From: an uncultured Verrucomicrobiota bacterium
Lineage (GTDB): Bacteria > Verrucomicrobiota > Verrucomicrobiia > Limisphaerales > AAA164-E04
Length of the DNA stretch: 64,000 nt
Direction of reading: 5' to 3'
NCBI GenBank assembly: GCA_964415055.1
Contig: CAYPZD010000005.1
Span: 903 to 64,902, forward strand
Shown: piece after piece, positions 36,137 through 46,590 of the stretch
Layout: each line of letters opens with the position of its first letter
Position numbering within the stretch: position 1 is the stretch's first letter
The notes under the pieces: generated by a model
Databases searched by the model: none
What the model saw: only the letters and a program-made list of their open reading frames with translations
Told to the model about the DNA's origin: nothing
Program-made: the position numbers and the translations under genes

Positions 36137-39100
36137 ATGCGAGCAGAAAATGTGCCGATCAATGCCATGATTTGTCGTATTGAACCATTTCGTTATCCAT
36201 CTGCATCAAATCTTTGGCGAACGACCAAAGGTAGCTGGCACGTGTTTGCCGTTGCATGGGGATGGTTGTGGGTTGGCATGGACTTAAAATCACAGGAAAC
36301 ATCCCCACCAGATTCCATTGAGATCCAGATAGAATCACTCAAGATTCAACAAGACGCATCCGTAGGATTCACTCTCAGAACACCCGAGCACACTGGACTT
36401 ACTTTTAGCAACGATCTGGATGAGCGAAGAGGTGCGGCCAATCGAGTGCTCTTTAATGGATCGGGCGTGGCAGTCGGGGATGTTGATGGAGACGGCTTGC
36501 CGGATTTGTTTTTTTGCGGGATCGATTCCCCCAACCATTTTTATCGCAACCTGGGTGATTTGAAATTTAATCGCGTCAACATTCCGGAATCGATGGCCAG
36601 TCCGGGAGTTCCGAGTCGTGGCGCGGTTATGGTGGATCTCAATGGAGATGGACAGCTGGATCTTCTGATCAGCACGGTTGGATTGGGGGTAAAGGTTTGG
36701 CTCAACGAAGGAGCATTTCAATTCACCGACAGCACGGATCACGCCGGCACGCAAACCACCTATGCCGCAACCAGCATGGCGCTGGCCGATGTGGACGGCA
36801 ATGGCACGCTTGATCTTTACGTGACCAACAATCGTTCAGACGACATCCGCGACCGCGCGCGCGTTCCGATCACACGTGTTGGAGGAAAAATCCTGCCGCC
36901 AGAGGATCTGCGGGATCGGGTGTTTGTCCACCAGGGACAACTCCATGAATACGGTGAACCGGATCAGCTTTATTTGAATGATGGAAAAGGGAAGATGAGC
37001 GCTGTCAGTTGGACAGATGGAACATTCAGGATCGACGGACACCCCCTCTCCGACGCGCCAAAGGACTGGGGCTTGTCCGCGATGTTTAGAGATTTCAACC
37101 ATGATGGCCACCCCGATCTGTATGTTTGCAATGATTACTGGACACCTGACCGCATCTGGATCAACGACGGACAGGGCGGATTCGACGCAGCTCCGGCCGA
37201 TGCGTTTCCTGTTACATCAGCAAGCAGTATGGGAATTGATGGAGCCGATGTAGACGCTGACGGAGATCTGGACTTGTTGGTGGTGGACATGCTCAGTCGG
37301 GATCCGGCGCGTCGAAAGAGCCAACAACCTGCGGTCAACATGGTCGCAAACATCCCCTCGCTCAATGGACCCTATCGTCAGGAAAACTGGAACACGCTCT
37401 TGATTCAAAGAGAGAATGGGCGTTTTTCAGAACTCGCACATTTTGCTGGTTTACAAGCTTCGGATTGGTCGTGGTGTCCTGTTTTCATGGATGTCGATTT
37501 GGATGGATACCAGGACGTGTTGATTTCGGCGGGTTATCCGCATGATATGCAGGACATGGATACACTTCGCCAGATTCAATCCCGTCAGCATGACTGGGAC
37601 AGATATCAAAACGAAGACGCCCGACAAAAGGCATTTACACAGGAAATGATGGAACACATTCGACTTTATCCAAAGCTCGACATGCCCATCGTATCCTTTC
37701 GCAATCGAGGCGACGGCTTTTTCGAAGAAATGACCGATCAATGGGGAACGCATCATTCCGGTGTTCATCAGGGGTTCGCCACCGGGGATCTGGATGGAGA
37801 TGGGGATTTGGACCTGGTTGTGAACAACCTCAACGCACCCGCAGAACTTTACCGCAACGATTCCACCCAACCACGTGTGCTGATTCGTTTGACGGATCGG
37901 GCATCCAACCATCAAGCCATCGGAACCCAACTTGTATTGGACCAAAGCTCCATGCCCCAACAATCGCGTGAAGTCATTGGTGGAGGCCGTTACTTATCGG
38001 GAAGCACGACGGACATTGTTTTTGCAATCGCACCGCAGGATGCAAAAAAGGTTTTGAAAATCATTTGGCGCGACGGTTCCAAAACAAGCATACCGAATAT
38101 TCAATCCAACCACCGCTATCTGATTCAACGTGTGGAGACGCCGCACCAACAACCAAGCTCCAGTTCCAAATCAAAACCGGACATCGCGCCCATGTTTGTC
38201 GACGCATCCGAAAAACTCAGGCACCGTGCGGAGGTTTCCCCATCCAATGATCAATTGAAACAACCTTTGCTGCCCTGGTCCTTAAGTTTTCAGGGACCCA
38301 GTTTGGTATGCTCCGATCTGAATTCCGACGGTCGACCTGACATCGTGATCGGAGCAGAACACACGCACAAACCGATCGTCTTTCAAGCACAACCGGACGG
38401 CACCTTTACTTCCACCGATCTGAACATCAACTTGTGGAATGATGCATCCGGCATGTTGGCCTTGCCGATCGCACCGAACAGCACACACCTGTTGATGGGA
38501 CTAAACGGATACGAAAGTCAGGATCGGCCCGCCCTCACCGAGCACAATCTGAAAGGACAACATCGCAGCCTGTATTCAAATCGCATGTTCGGCGCGGGAC
38601 CAATGGCAGCAGGCGCGCTTTCAGGCGAGGGAGGATTGAGTGTTTTTATCGGGGGTCATGCGGTCAGTGGCAATTATCCCACCTCCCACCCCTCGCTGAT
38701 GGTACGACAAACCCAGGGCGGCTGGATGATTGATGAGGCTAACACATCTGCCGTGCAATCCATCGCATTGCCACAAAGCGCCGTGTGGAGTGATCTGACG
38801 GCTGATGGTTATCCGGAATTGATCGTCACCAGCGAATGGGGACCGGTTCATGTCTTTGAAAATGCAAATGGAAAACTGGTGGAGCGAACCAAGGATTGGG
38901 GCTTTGCTGATATGACCGGGCTATGGAAAGGAGTTACCACAGGGGATTTTGACGGGAATGGTTTGCTCGACATCGTCGTCGGCAACTGGGGACTCAACAG
39001 TCCGTGGAAAGCCACAGCGCAGCAACCACTCAAAATGTATTACGGAGCCTGGACGCGCCCCGGTCGTTTTGATTTGTTGGAAACGGAATATCATCCGGAT

Positions 39101-39919
39101 GGCACATTGGCTCCCCTTCGGTCTCTGGCCGAAGTCGGTCAGGCGTTGCCGTTTCTTTTCTCGGGCTTAAGTGGGTTCAAAGACTATGGCAACCGCTCTG
39201 TCGAAGAATTGTTGGGCGATAAAATGGCTAACACACAAATAATGGCAGCCACAACACTTGAATCCATGGTGTTTCTAAATCAAGGCGGCGGGAACTTTCA
39301 TCACATCCCCTTGCCCACCGTGGCTCAGCAGGCTCCCGTGTATGGATTTCAATCAGGCGACCTGGATATGGATGGTCATGTGGACTTGATTCTTGGGCAA
39401 AACACTTCCCACACGCGTCCCGGTTTTCCTCAACAAACTTCAGGATCATGCCGGGTGTTGTTGGGAAATGGGGATGGCACATTTTCCGTTTCAGGCATCC
39501 GGGAAACCGGCATCGACATCCGGGGAGACATGCGGGCGATTGCTCTCGGCGATTTGAATCAGGATCATCGAATGGACGTTCTCATCACCCAAAATGAAAA
39601 CGCCACCAAACTCTATCTCAACCATTCCAACACACCTGAAGGAACAGCTATCAATTTTGAGGCATCCAAAGAAAATCCACAGGGCATCGGAGTCCAATAT
39701 CAATTCCAATACACCGACGGAACATCCGGCCCCATCCATGAAATAACAGCCGGAAGTGGCTGGTTGGCGCAGAATCAGCCCATTGGTTTATTGGCTGGAT
39801 CTTCAGAACCGAAAGTGCTGTTCATTCGCTGGCCCGGGGGAAAAACACAGCAATACCCCTGGGCGGATCTTCCCAAATCGATACGCATCAAGGCTTCGAA
39901 TTTGCCTGATCGCCCCTGA
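36137..39919 (+). CDS. CRTAC1/ASPIC-UnbV-family FG-GAP (VCBS) repeat protein, two tandem modules
   Basis: Many DxDGDGxxDL loops (DVDGDGLPDLFF, DLNGDGQLDLLI, DVDADGDLDLLVV, DLDGDGDLDLVV) and two UnbV/ASPIC-like segments (IGGGRYLSGS...; AGSGWLAQNQ...IRWPGG). Start uncertain (36137, 36167 or later). Confidence 0.85.
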   Translation: MRAENVPINAMICRIEPFRYPSASNLWRTTKGSWHVFAVAWGWLWVGMDLKSQETSPPDSIEIQIESLKIQQDASVGFTLRTPEHTGLTFSNDLDERRGAANRVLFNGSGVAVGDVDGDGLPDLFFCGIDSPNHFYRNLGDLKFNRVNIPESMASPGVPSRGAVMVDLNGDGQLDLLISTVGLGVKVWLNEGAFQFTDSTDHAGTQTTYAATSMALADVDGNGTLDLYVTNNRSDDIRDRARVPITRVGGKILPPEDLRDRVFVHQGQLHEYGEPDQLYLNDGKGKMSAVSWTDGTFRIDGHPLSDAPKDWGLSAMFRDFNHDGHPDLYVCNDYWTPDRIWINDGQGGFDAAPADAFPVTSASSMGIDGADVDADGDLDLLVVDMLSRDPARRKSQQPAVNMVANIPSLNGPYRQENWNTLLIQRENGRFSELAHFAGLQASDWSWCPVFMDVDLDGYQDVLISAGYPHDMQDMDTLRQIQSRQHDWDRYQNEDARQKAFTQEMMEHIRLYPKLDMPIVSFRNRGDGFFEEMTDQWGTHHSGVHQGFATGDLDGDGDLDLVVNNLNAPAELYRNDSTQPRVLIRLTDRASNHQAIGTQLVLDQSSMPQQSREVIGGGRYLSGSTTDIVFAIAPQDAKKVLKIIWRDGSKTSIPNIQSNHRYLIQRVETPHQQPSSSSKSKPDIAPMFVDASEKLRHRAEVSPSNDQLKQPLLPWSLSFQGPSLVCSDLNSDGRPDIVIGAEHTHKPIVFQAQPDGTFTSTDLNINLWNDASGMLALPIAPNSTHLLMGLNGYESQDRPALTEHNLKGQHRSLYSNRMFGAGPMAAGALSGEGGLSVFIGGHAVSGNYPTSHPSLMVRQTQGGWMIDEANTSAVQSIALPQSAVWSDLTADGYPELIVTSEWGPVHVFENANGKLVERTKDWGFADMTGLWKGVTTGDFDGNGLLDIVVGNWGLNSPWKATAQQPLKMYYGAWTRPGRFDLLETEYHPDGTLAPLRSLAEVGQALPFLFSGLSGFKDYGNRSVEELLGDKMANTQIMAATTLESMVFLNQGGGNFHHIPLPTVAQQAPVYGFQSGDLDMDGHVDLILGQNTSHTRPGFPQQTSGSCRVLLGNGDGTFSVSGIRETGIDIRGDMRAIALGDLNQDHRMDVLITQNENATKLYLNHSNTPEGTAINFEASKENPQGIGVQYQFQYTDGTSGPIHEITAGSGWLAQNQPIGLLAGSSEPKVLFIRWPGGKTQQYPWADLPKSIRIKASNLPDRP

Positions 39920-41549
39920 GGTTCTCCATGATCATCAGGGAAGGATGGGGCAGTTGTTGATACTGCTCCTGATAATCCGAATGCACTCCGTGTTTCACGT
40001 AAGCTCCACCGAGAAGGATATCGGGAAATCCGTCCCGGTTGAAATCACCCGTATCCATGGTCATCCACCGCCCCCAATGTTCTTGAGTTGGAACCGAAGC
40101 TTGCAATCCTTGTGCTCCCTTGTTCTCCAGGTAGACGAAGGTCTGAGGATTGTCCAAGGACCAGTCTGGATAAAAGGCAATGGCCGCCAGATCCATATCA
40201 CCATCCAAATCAAAATCCTCCGCCACCGCTTTGATCGCACCGTGCATGGGGTAAAAATGTCGTTCCTCAAACTCCAGTCCTTCTCCTTTGCGGAGCAGAA
40301 TCCGGATACCATGGTAGGGCTTTAACGGAGCATTTTTGATTTCCATGTTGTTTCCGTTCACCATGAGGAGATCCATCCGTCCGTCCTTGTCCCAATCAAC
40401 GAGATCAAACTGATTGTAACCGTACCCCGCGAATTGCTTGATCAGCACTTCCCTGGAAAAGGATCCGTTGGCATCCTGTCGAAACCAGAGTAATTCCTGA
40501 TATTGCTGAGCGGTGAGGATCAACACATCCAGGCGTCCGTCCCCGTCCATGTCATGCACCTTGGCATTCAGAGCGCCCGCCACATCCAGGAGAACGGTTT
40601 CGGATTCGAAACGTCCCGACTCGTTTCCCCAAAAGATGGAAACTCTTCCCAAAACCCCGGCCCCAAAACCCACCAACAGCAGATCCTCGTGCCCATCCTG
40701 ATTCAAATCAACCGAAAGTGTTTGAGTGAGACGATGGTATCCTTCCACGAGGATTTTGGATTGGAGTTGATCGTTATCGGACACGGTGACATCCATGACC
40801 TGACCACGTTCCTTGTCTTCCAGAAAATCACCCAGCAAGCTCAGGCGAAAACCATTGTCCAACGCCTCCACCCCAACCGGCTCTGAGTCACACGATTTGT
40901 TCAGCATCAAACGCCCTGTTCGATCGAACACCTGCAACGCGTGATATGCTCCCCTGCCTATGTAGAAATTTTGTTGACCGGCATCCCAATGAGTCAAAGT
41001 GATCAACTCATCAGCAGGCAGATCCATAGGCGGTTTTGCAGGCCGGAACTGTGCCAAAGGAACAGGATCAGCAAGACCCGGAACCTGCCCCCCCTGGACT
41101 TCATCAGGTGCGAACACTAGAAAATATTCCGACAAAGTTCGCAGGTCGCTTTCCCCCATGACGGGTTCGGAAGGCATCAACGCACTATCCACATTGTTTT
41201 GAAACGGTCCATAGATATTGGTGTAACCCAGATAATTCGACATCCAGGTCAGCACAAAAGGCCAAGTATTTCTGGGCACCTGGGAAGGTGAAGGAAGGAG
41301 ATGGCACCGTGTGCAACGCTGAATGGCAAGGGTGTAACCTGGATGATCCTCCGGGCGTTGATCCCGCGCTCCGGACGGAAGCTCCTTAGATTCCCATTCC
41401 AGTGACACATGCGGAGCCAGAGGTTTAACCACAGGTAAGGGAATGACATCCACCGAATCCTGATTGAACCAATAGAAAGCCACCCCAATCATGCCAGTCA
41501 GCAGCACGAGCAGGAACAACATGGATTTGAATGGTTTCTGGTTTCCCAT
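39888..41549 (-). CDS. FG-GAP repeat protein with N-terminal anchor and CxxCH motif
   Basis: TM anchor, CTRCH motif, then FG-GAP loops (DLNQDGHEDLLLV, DMDGDGRLDVLIL, DWDKDGRMDLLMV, DFDLDGDMDLAAI, DFNRDGFPDILL). The 3' end overlaps the convergent CRTAC1-like gene by 32 nt. Confidence 0.8.
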   Translation of the reverse strand: MGNQKPFKSMLFLLVLLTGMIGVAFYWFNQDSVDVIPLPVVKPLAPHVSLEWESKELPSGARDQRPEDHPGYTLAIQRCTRCHLLPSPSQVPRNTWPFVLTWMSNYLGYTNIYGPFQNNVDSALMPSEPVMGESDLRTLSEYFLVFAPDEVQGGQVPGLADPVPLAQFRPAKPPMDLPADELITLTHWDAGQQNFYIGRGAYHALQVFDRTGRLMLNKSCDSEPVGVEALDNGFRLSLLGDFLEDKERGQVMDVTVSDNDQLQSKILVEGYHRLTQTLSVDLNQDGHEDLLLVGFGAGVLGRVSIFWGNESGRFESETVLLDVAGALNAKVHDMDGDGRLDVLILTAQQYQELLWFRQDANGSFSREVLIKQFAGYGYNQFDLVDWDKDGRMDLLMVNGNNMEIKNAPLKPYHGIRILLRKGEGLEFEERHFYPMHGAIKAVAEDFDLDGDMDLAAIAFYPDWSLDNPQTFVYLENKGAQGLQASVPTQEHWGRWMTMDTGDFNRDGFPDILLGGAYVKHGVHSDYQEQYQQLPHPSLMIMENLRGDQANSKP

Positions 41550-41833
41550 GGAGGTATTGAACGCACCCAAGCCTAACCAGAATGCGCCCACGACACCATT
41601 CAAATTGAATCACTTCGATTCGGTCATTTCTCAAGCTTTTGAAAAACCACAAAAAAAACGAAAATCCGACAGAAAAAACTTTACGCTTTGCAAATCATGC
41701 CGATAACCTAAATGACTTATTCATGGAACTCGAAATCAGGAGGTCGTGCTGTTTTTTCACTTTTGTAAAAGGGATTGAACGGTGACCTTGTCGATTTGAG
41801 TTCCAAGTCAACCACAAGAAGATAGAACCAAAA

Positions 41834-44800
41834 ATGAATCGAGCGATCCAACACCAACTTGGGTCCGTGTTGTTATGCGTTTGCCTGCTTTTCTGCAAGG
41901 CAAGCCAGACATGGGCTATTGACGCGAATCCAAACACCTACACTATTCAACAACCCGACGGCACTCCCGTTGGATTGCGCATACGTGGTGACGAATGGTT
42001 TCATCATGAGGAAGATTTAAATGGATATACGGTCATCAAAGATCGGGACTGGTATGTCTACGGGCGTCGTGATCAAGCCACGGGCCGCCTGGTCTCCAGC
42101 GGATTACTGGCAGGCATTGACAACCCAGCCGCCAATGGTCTCAAGCCGGGAGAACTGCCTTCCAAGCGTGTACGCAATGAACGTGCACAGAACCTGGGCT
42201 GGCCATCGGCGGCTCCCGGAAATCAGCAGGATGGCGGAACCTCGGCCTCCAGCGTGGCGGCAGCGAGTGGTGGTGTGTTGAAAAACCTTGTTGTGCTTAT
42301 TCGTTGGGCGGATCACACCTCCCGCACTTTACCGACTTCGGCGGATGTCGATGTGCTCATGAACAACGCGGGACCTCACCCGACACTTGCTCCGACAGGG
42401 AGTTTGAAGGACGTGTATCTGGAAAATTCTTACGGAGCCCTTTCCATCGAATCCACTGTGGCCGAATGGGTGACTTCCGATCAGACCGAACAATACTACG
42501 CCAATGGACAAAGTGGTTTGACCTCACTGACACATGACGCGATTCGGGACGCTCTGACCAAGGTGGATCAGTTCATCAATTTCAGTGAGTTCGATGCGGA
42601 CAGCAACGGGGTGATCGACTGCATCACATTCCTCCACTCGGGATACGGAGCCGAATGGGGAGGCACCGATGCTTTTGGTACCTATTATACCGACCGGATG
42701 TGGTCTCACAAATGGTCGATTTCAGGCGGCTGGACCAGCAACGAAGGCGTCACTGTCGGAGCCTACCACATCAGCCCGGCAGTATGGGGCACCAGTGGAT
42801 CCAGCATTGGCCGCGTGGGAGTGATCGCCCATGAGACCGGGCATTTTCTCGGGCTTCCCGATCTTTACGATACCGACAGCAGTCCCGGGAATGGAATCGG
42901 ATCCTTTGGATTGATGGCAAACTCCTGGGGATTTGATGGTTCACAAAAGTATCCCCCTCACATGTGCCCCTGGAGCAAAGTACAACTCGGTTGGTTGAGC
43001 CCAACGGTGATTGATACCGCGGGGACCTATACGATCCAACAGGCTGAAACATCTTCGGCGGCGTATCGCATTGACCTGGGATATCCGTCACAGGAATATC
43101 TCTTGATCGAAAACCGTCAACCGGTCGGGTTTGATGGAGCGATGCCGCAGGGTGGACTGGCCATATGGCACATCGATGAACAATCCTCGCACAACAGTGA
43201 AGGATACCCTTCGAATGGCGGCTGGACCGGTTCGCACTATCGCGTGGCACTGCTACAGGCCGATGGCAATTACAACCTGGAGAAAGGAAACAACCGCGGT
43301 GACGCCTACGACACCTGGCATGCAGGAGGTAACAACGAGATCACGGTGTCCAACGATCCGCTGACCGGCCCCTTCCCCAATACGGATGCCTACCAGGGAA
43401 ACGTGTTCGTTCAAACCGACAACCGAATTTACAACATTAGTACCGCAGGGAGCAGCATGACCTTTTCATTTTCCATTGTGGGGGCGCCGACGGATCCTCC
43501 AGCTACTCCAACGGGATTGTCTGCCGTTTCCATTTCGCATGATCAAATTCAATTATCCTGGATCGACCAGGCACTGGATGAAACAGGCTATCGGGTTGAA
43601 CGCTCTGTGAACGGAATTGACTTTACCCAAATCACATCATTGGCATCCGACTCGGTCAATCATACCGATACCGGACTTACACCGAATACCACCTATTGGT
43701 ATCGAATCTATGCCGTCAACGGAGCAGGTTCCTCGGATTTTTCCAATGTCGATTCGGCCACCACCCTGCCACCACCACCTCCGCCTGCTGCTCCGACCGG
43801 ATTGACAGCGACACCCACTTCCGACTCAAGCATCACCCTTTCCTGGTCCGACAACGCCATCGATGAGACCGAGTACCGCGTCCATCGCAGTCCGACCGGA
43901 TCGGGTATTTGGACAACGATTGCCACTTTGCCAATGGATAGCACCGGGTATGGAGACAACGGACTCAGTCCATCCACCGATTATTCCTACCAGGTGGCAG
44001 CCATCAATGCATGGGGTGAATCAGTTTCCAGCATCGTATCTGCCACGACACTGGCTGCACCCGCTTTTGCTGATACATTGGCCGCTCAAGACATAGCGGT
44101 TTCAGGAACGGTTTCAGGAACTTACACCTCGACACATAGCCCGGACGGCCTGTTCCAAATTATCACCGAACAGGAATCAGGTGGCAAACCCAGTAAACGC
44201 CGTTCGTTTCTGGAGCATCAATGGAATTTCCCCAATGTGCGCGGTGGTGTGGCCATTACACTGTTCGTCAATGCCTGGGCGCCGGCCAATGACGAAAACG
44301 ACGAGTTTGCCTTTGAATTTTCCACCGATGCCGGGGCCAACTGGTCTTCCTTGCTGACAATTCCCTCCGGGAGCAGTCCGGACACACTCTATTCCGCTTT
44401 GCTTCCAAGCAGCGATCCAACCGACATGCTCATCCGTGTCGTGGATACGGACCATACCCAGGGAAACCGATCGCTCGATTCAGTGCATATCGATGCGGTG
44501 TATCTGCGAACAGATCTGGACCCCAATGATACCCCGCCCGCTGCGCCTGCCAATCTGATCGCCTATGCCGTATCGGCCAGTGAAATCCAATTGAACTGGG
44601 ATGATCTCTCAAATAATGAACGAGGATTTCACATACGACGCTCCGTGAACGGAATCGATTTCACCGGCATCGACACCGCCCCCGTGGATGCCATCAGCTA
44701 CCTGGACCGAACAGCCTCTCCTGACACCACCTATACCTATCAAGTCGAAGCCTACACCGCCAGCTTCACAGTCGCATCCAATACGGCGACGGCCACCACG

Positions 44801-45073
44801 CCGGATGCCATGGTTCTTTCCGCCAACGGATACAAAAGGAAAGGGAAAGCGCAGGTCGACTTGACTTGGTCGGGAGGTTCGGAAGTGACAAGCGTAGGCA
44901 TCTGGAGGAGTGTGGATGGTGGGAGTTTCGTCAACATTGCAAGCGTCAGCCACAATCCAGGCGGAACGAGCTATACAGACGTCACAAATCTTAAGGGCAG
45001 CTTCTTCGTAGACTACGAGGTACGTAGCTCGACCGGTGAGCTGAGCTCAAACACGGTGACCGTGGTCTTTTAA
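41834..45073 (+). CDS. secreted M6-family (immune-inhibitor-A-like) metalloprotease with fibronectin-III repeats
   Basis: Signal peptide, HETGHFLGLPDLYD zinc site, and at least three FN3-like repeats (PTGLSAVSISHDQIQLSW..., PTGLTATPTSDSSITLSW..., PANLIAYAVSASEIQLNW...). Confidence 0.88.
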   Translation: MNRAIQHQLGSVLLCVCLLFCKASQTWAIDANPNTYTIQQPDGTPVGLRIRGDEWFHHEEDLNGYTVIKDRDWYVYGRRDQATGRLVSSGLLAGIDNPAANGLKPGELPSKRVRNERAQNLGWPSAAPGNQQDGGTSASSVAAASGGVLKNLVVLIRWADHTSRTLPTSADVDVLMNNAGPHPTLAPTGSLKDVYLENSYGALSIESTVAEWVTSDQTEQYYANGQSGLTSLTHDAIRDALTKVDQFINFSEFDADSNGVIDCITFLHSGYGAEWGGTDAFGTYYTDRMWSHKWSISGGWTSNEGVTVGAYHISPAVWGTSGSSIGRVGVIAHETGHFLGLPDLYDTDSSPGNGIGSFGLMANSWGFDGSQKYPPHMCPWSKVQLGWLSPTVIDTAGTYTIQQAETSSAAYRIDLGYPSQEYLLIENRQPVGFDGAMPQGGLAIWHIDEQSSHNSEGYPSNGGWTGSHYRVALLQADGNYNLEKGNNRGDAYDTWHAGGNNEITVSNDPLTGPFPNTDAYQGNVFVQTDNRIYNISTAGSSMTFSFSIVGAPTDPPATPTGLSAVSISHDQIQLSWIDQALDETGYRVERSVNGIDFTQITSLASDSVNHTDTGLTPNTTYWYRIYAVNGAGSSDFSNVDSATTLPPPPPPAAPTGLTATPTSDSSITLSWSDNAIDETEYRVHRSPTGSGIWTTIATLPMDSTGYGDNGLSPSTDYSYQVAAINAWGESVSSIVSATTLAAPAFADTLAAQDIAVSGTVSGTYTSTHSPDGLFQIITEQESGGKPSKRRSFLEHQWNFPNVRGGVAITLFVNAWAPANDENDEFAFEFSTDAGANWSSLLTIPSGSSPDTLYSALLPSSDPTDMLIRVVDTDHTQGNRSLDSVHIDAVYLRTDLDPNDTPPAAPANLIAYAVSASEIQLNWDDLSNNERGFHIRRSVNGIDFTGIDTAPVDAISYLDRTASPDTTYTYQVEAYTASFTVASNTATATTPDAMVLSANGYKRKGKAQVDLTWSGGSEVTSVGIWRSVDGGSFVNIASVSHNPGGTSYTDVTNLKGSFFVDYEVRSSTGELSSNTVTVVF

Positions 45074-45088
45074 ACCCCGGCACCTTGT

Positions 45089-45964
45089 TCAAGGCAATTC
45101 CACCACCTGAGTCCAATGGGCATCGCCCAGTTCGGCGACAAAAGCCTCGGCGGCCTGTTCGGCGGCAGATCGGCTCGGGAAAAGGGCGAAGGTGGTGGAG
45201 CCGCTTCCGGACATCAAACTCACTTCGGCCCCAAGTTTGCGGAGGGTTGTCTGGAAAATCTCGAGGAGAGGATACTTCTCGAGAACCGGACCTTCCAGAC
45301 TGTTGAAAAACAGATCGGAAGCTGAGGCAAGATCAGAACCTTGCAAGGCTTCGACCAATCGTTTGCCTTTGCCGGGTTGGCCGTTCAACAAATCGGGGAA
45401 CCGCTGCAGACTTTGATATGCCCATCCGGTGGATACTCCAAATCCAGGTTTCACCAGAAACAATCCTTTGTTTTTCAAGGCTGGAAAGGGTGGAAGCGAG
45501 ACGACCTTTTCCCCCCTTCCATCCGCAAGGGCAGGATTGTTTTGGAGGAAGAACGGCACATCTGACCCGAGAGTAGCTGCGATTTCCTGGAGCGTTTCAG
45601 CGTTGAGGGGTTTTCCTGTCATCTCATTCAAGGCGTTCAAGGTGACACCGGCATTGCCGCTGCCGCCCCCCAATCCCGCCTCCATTGGAATCCGCTTGTC
45701 GAGGTGAATGGATACGGTCGGTTCCAGATCGGCTTTTTCATAAAAGCCCCTCGCCGCCCGGGTGATCAGGTTGTCGGATCCCGGACTGAGATCCGCTCCG
45801 CCAATCGTCAAATGAATGCCCCTTTCCCCGGAAGGATCAAACGTCAGTAAATCACAGAGGGGCACTGGGAACATCACCGTTTCCAGTTCATGGAAACCAT
45901 CCTCACGCTTGCCCAGAATGTTGAGCAGTAGATTGACTTTGCAGGGTGATTGTTTTTGGAGCAT
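45089..45964 (-). CDS. ispE: 4-diphosphocytidyl-2-C-methyl-D-erythritol kinase
   Basis: SPCKVNLLLNILGKREDGFHELETV and PMEAGLGGGSGNAG GHMP-kinase motifs. ATG 45964 fits family N-termini better than 46003. Confidence 0.9.
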   Translation of the reverse strand: MLQKQSPCKVNLLLNILGKREDGFHELETVMFPVPLCDLLTFDPSGERGIHLTIGGADLSPGSDNLITRAARGFYEKADLEPTVSIHLDKRIPMEAGLGGGSGNAGVTLNALNEMTGKPLNAETLQEIAATLGSDVPFFLQNNPALADGRGEKVVSLPPFPALKNKGLFLVKPGFGVSTGWAYQSLQRFPDLLNGQPGKGKRLVEALQGSDLASASDLFFNSLEGPVLEKYPLLEIFQTTLRKLGAEVSLMSGSGSTTFALFPSRSAAEQAAEAFVAELGDAHWTQVVELP

Positions 45965-45986
45965 GAAAAAAGTGGGGTGATTCAAC

Positions 45987-46018
45987 AAAAAAGGCGCCAA
46001 CATTCAAGCTGGCGCCTT
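45987..46018 (-). terminator. rho-independent terminator (minus strand)
   Basis: On the minus strand: AAGGCGCC - 12-nt loop - GGCGCCTT, followed by a T-rich run. Downstream of the lipoprotein gene stop at 46040. Confidence 0.6.
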
Positions 46019-46039
46019 TCGATGAAAGTAAATGGTTGA

Positions 46040-46468
46040 TCAATAGTCGAAAACACGGAAACGACTTCCAACGATCGGGAGCATGTCACCACCGCTGAAG
46101 CCGAGATCGCTGTCAGCTGCGTATGTGGAGTCCGACACCAGGCTGGGAGTGTAGTTTTCCGGGTAAATGACTTCGTCCTTCACTCCGACGGGATCGTAGC
46201 TTGGGATTGGGAAAGTGACGATTTCGTAAATCCCCACAGCCGTGCGCTTCACGGACTGGTTGAAACCACGGATGAACCCGGTGGTATAGGATTGCTCGGG
46301 ACCTTCCCAGAGAGCGGTTTGCTCCATGGAGTGACGCATTTCCCCAAGACGGGCAAATTCGGTCACGTTTCTCATGCCACGGCCGAGCTTCTGCTCAGGA
46401 CCGGCACATCCGGTTGCCAAAACCACAGCAGCTACACCTGCCAACAAAATGGACTTTGAAATACGCAT
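46040..46468 (-). CDS. small lipoprotein (resembles exosortase-system-associated TIGR04073-type proteins)
   Basis: Lipobox LATGC. The KLGRGMRNVTEF...GIYEIVTFPIP pattern is recalled from that family; family assignment tentative. Confidence 0.55.
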   Translation of the reverse strand: MRISKSILLAGVAAVVLATGCAGPEQKLGRGMRNVTEFARLGEMRHSMEQTALWEGPEQSYTTGFIRGFNQSVKRTAVGIYEIVTFPIPSYDPVGVKDEVIYPENYTPSLVSDSTYAADSDLGFSGGDMLPIVGSRFRVFDY

Positions 46469-46590
46469 CATAATTAAGACTTTGGTTGCGGAGAGACTAA
46501 TCATCACTCCAAGCTTGTAAAGGTTTTTTCGTTTATTTTGGACTTTTATCCGTCGGTTTTCGTTCGAAATTTCAAATATATGAGCAGGAA

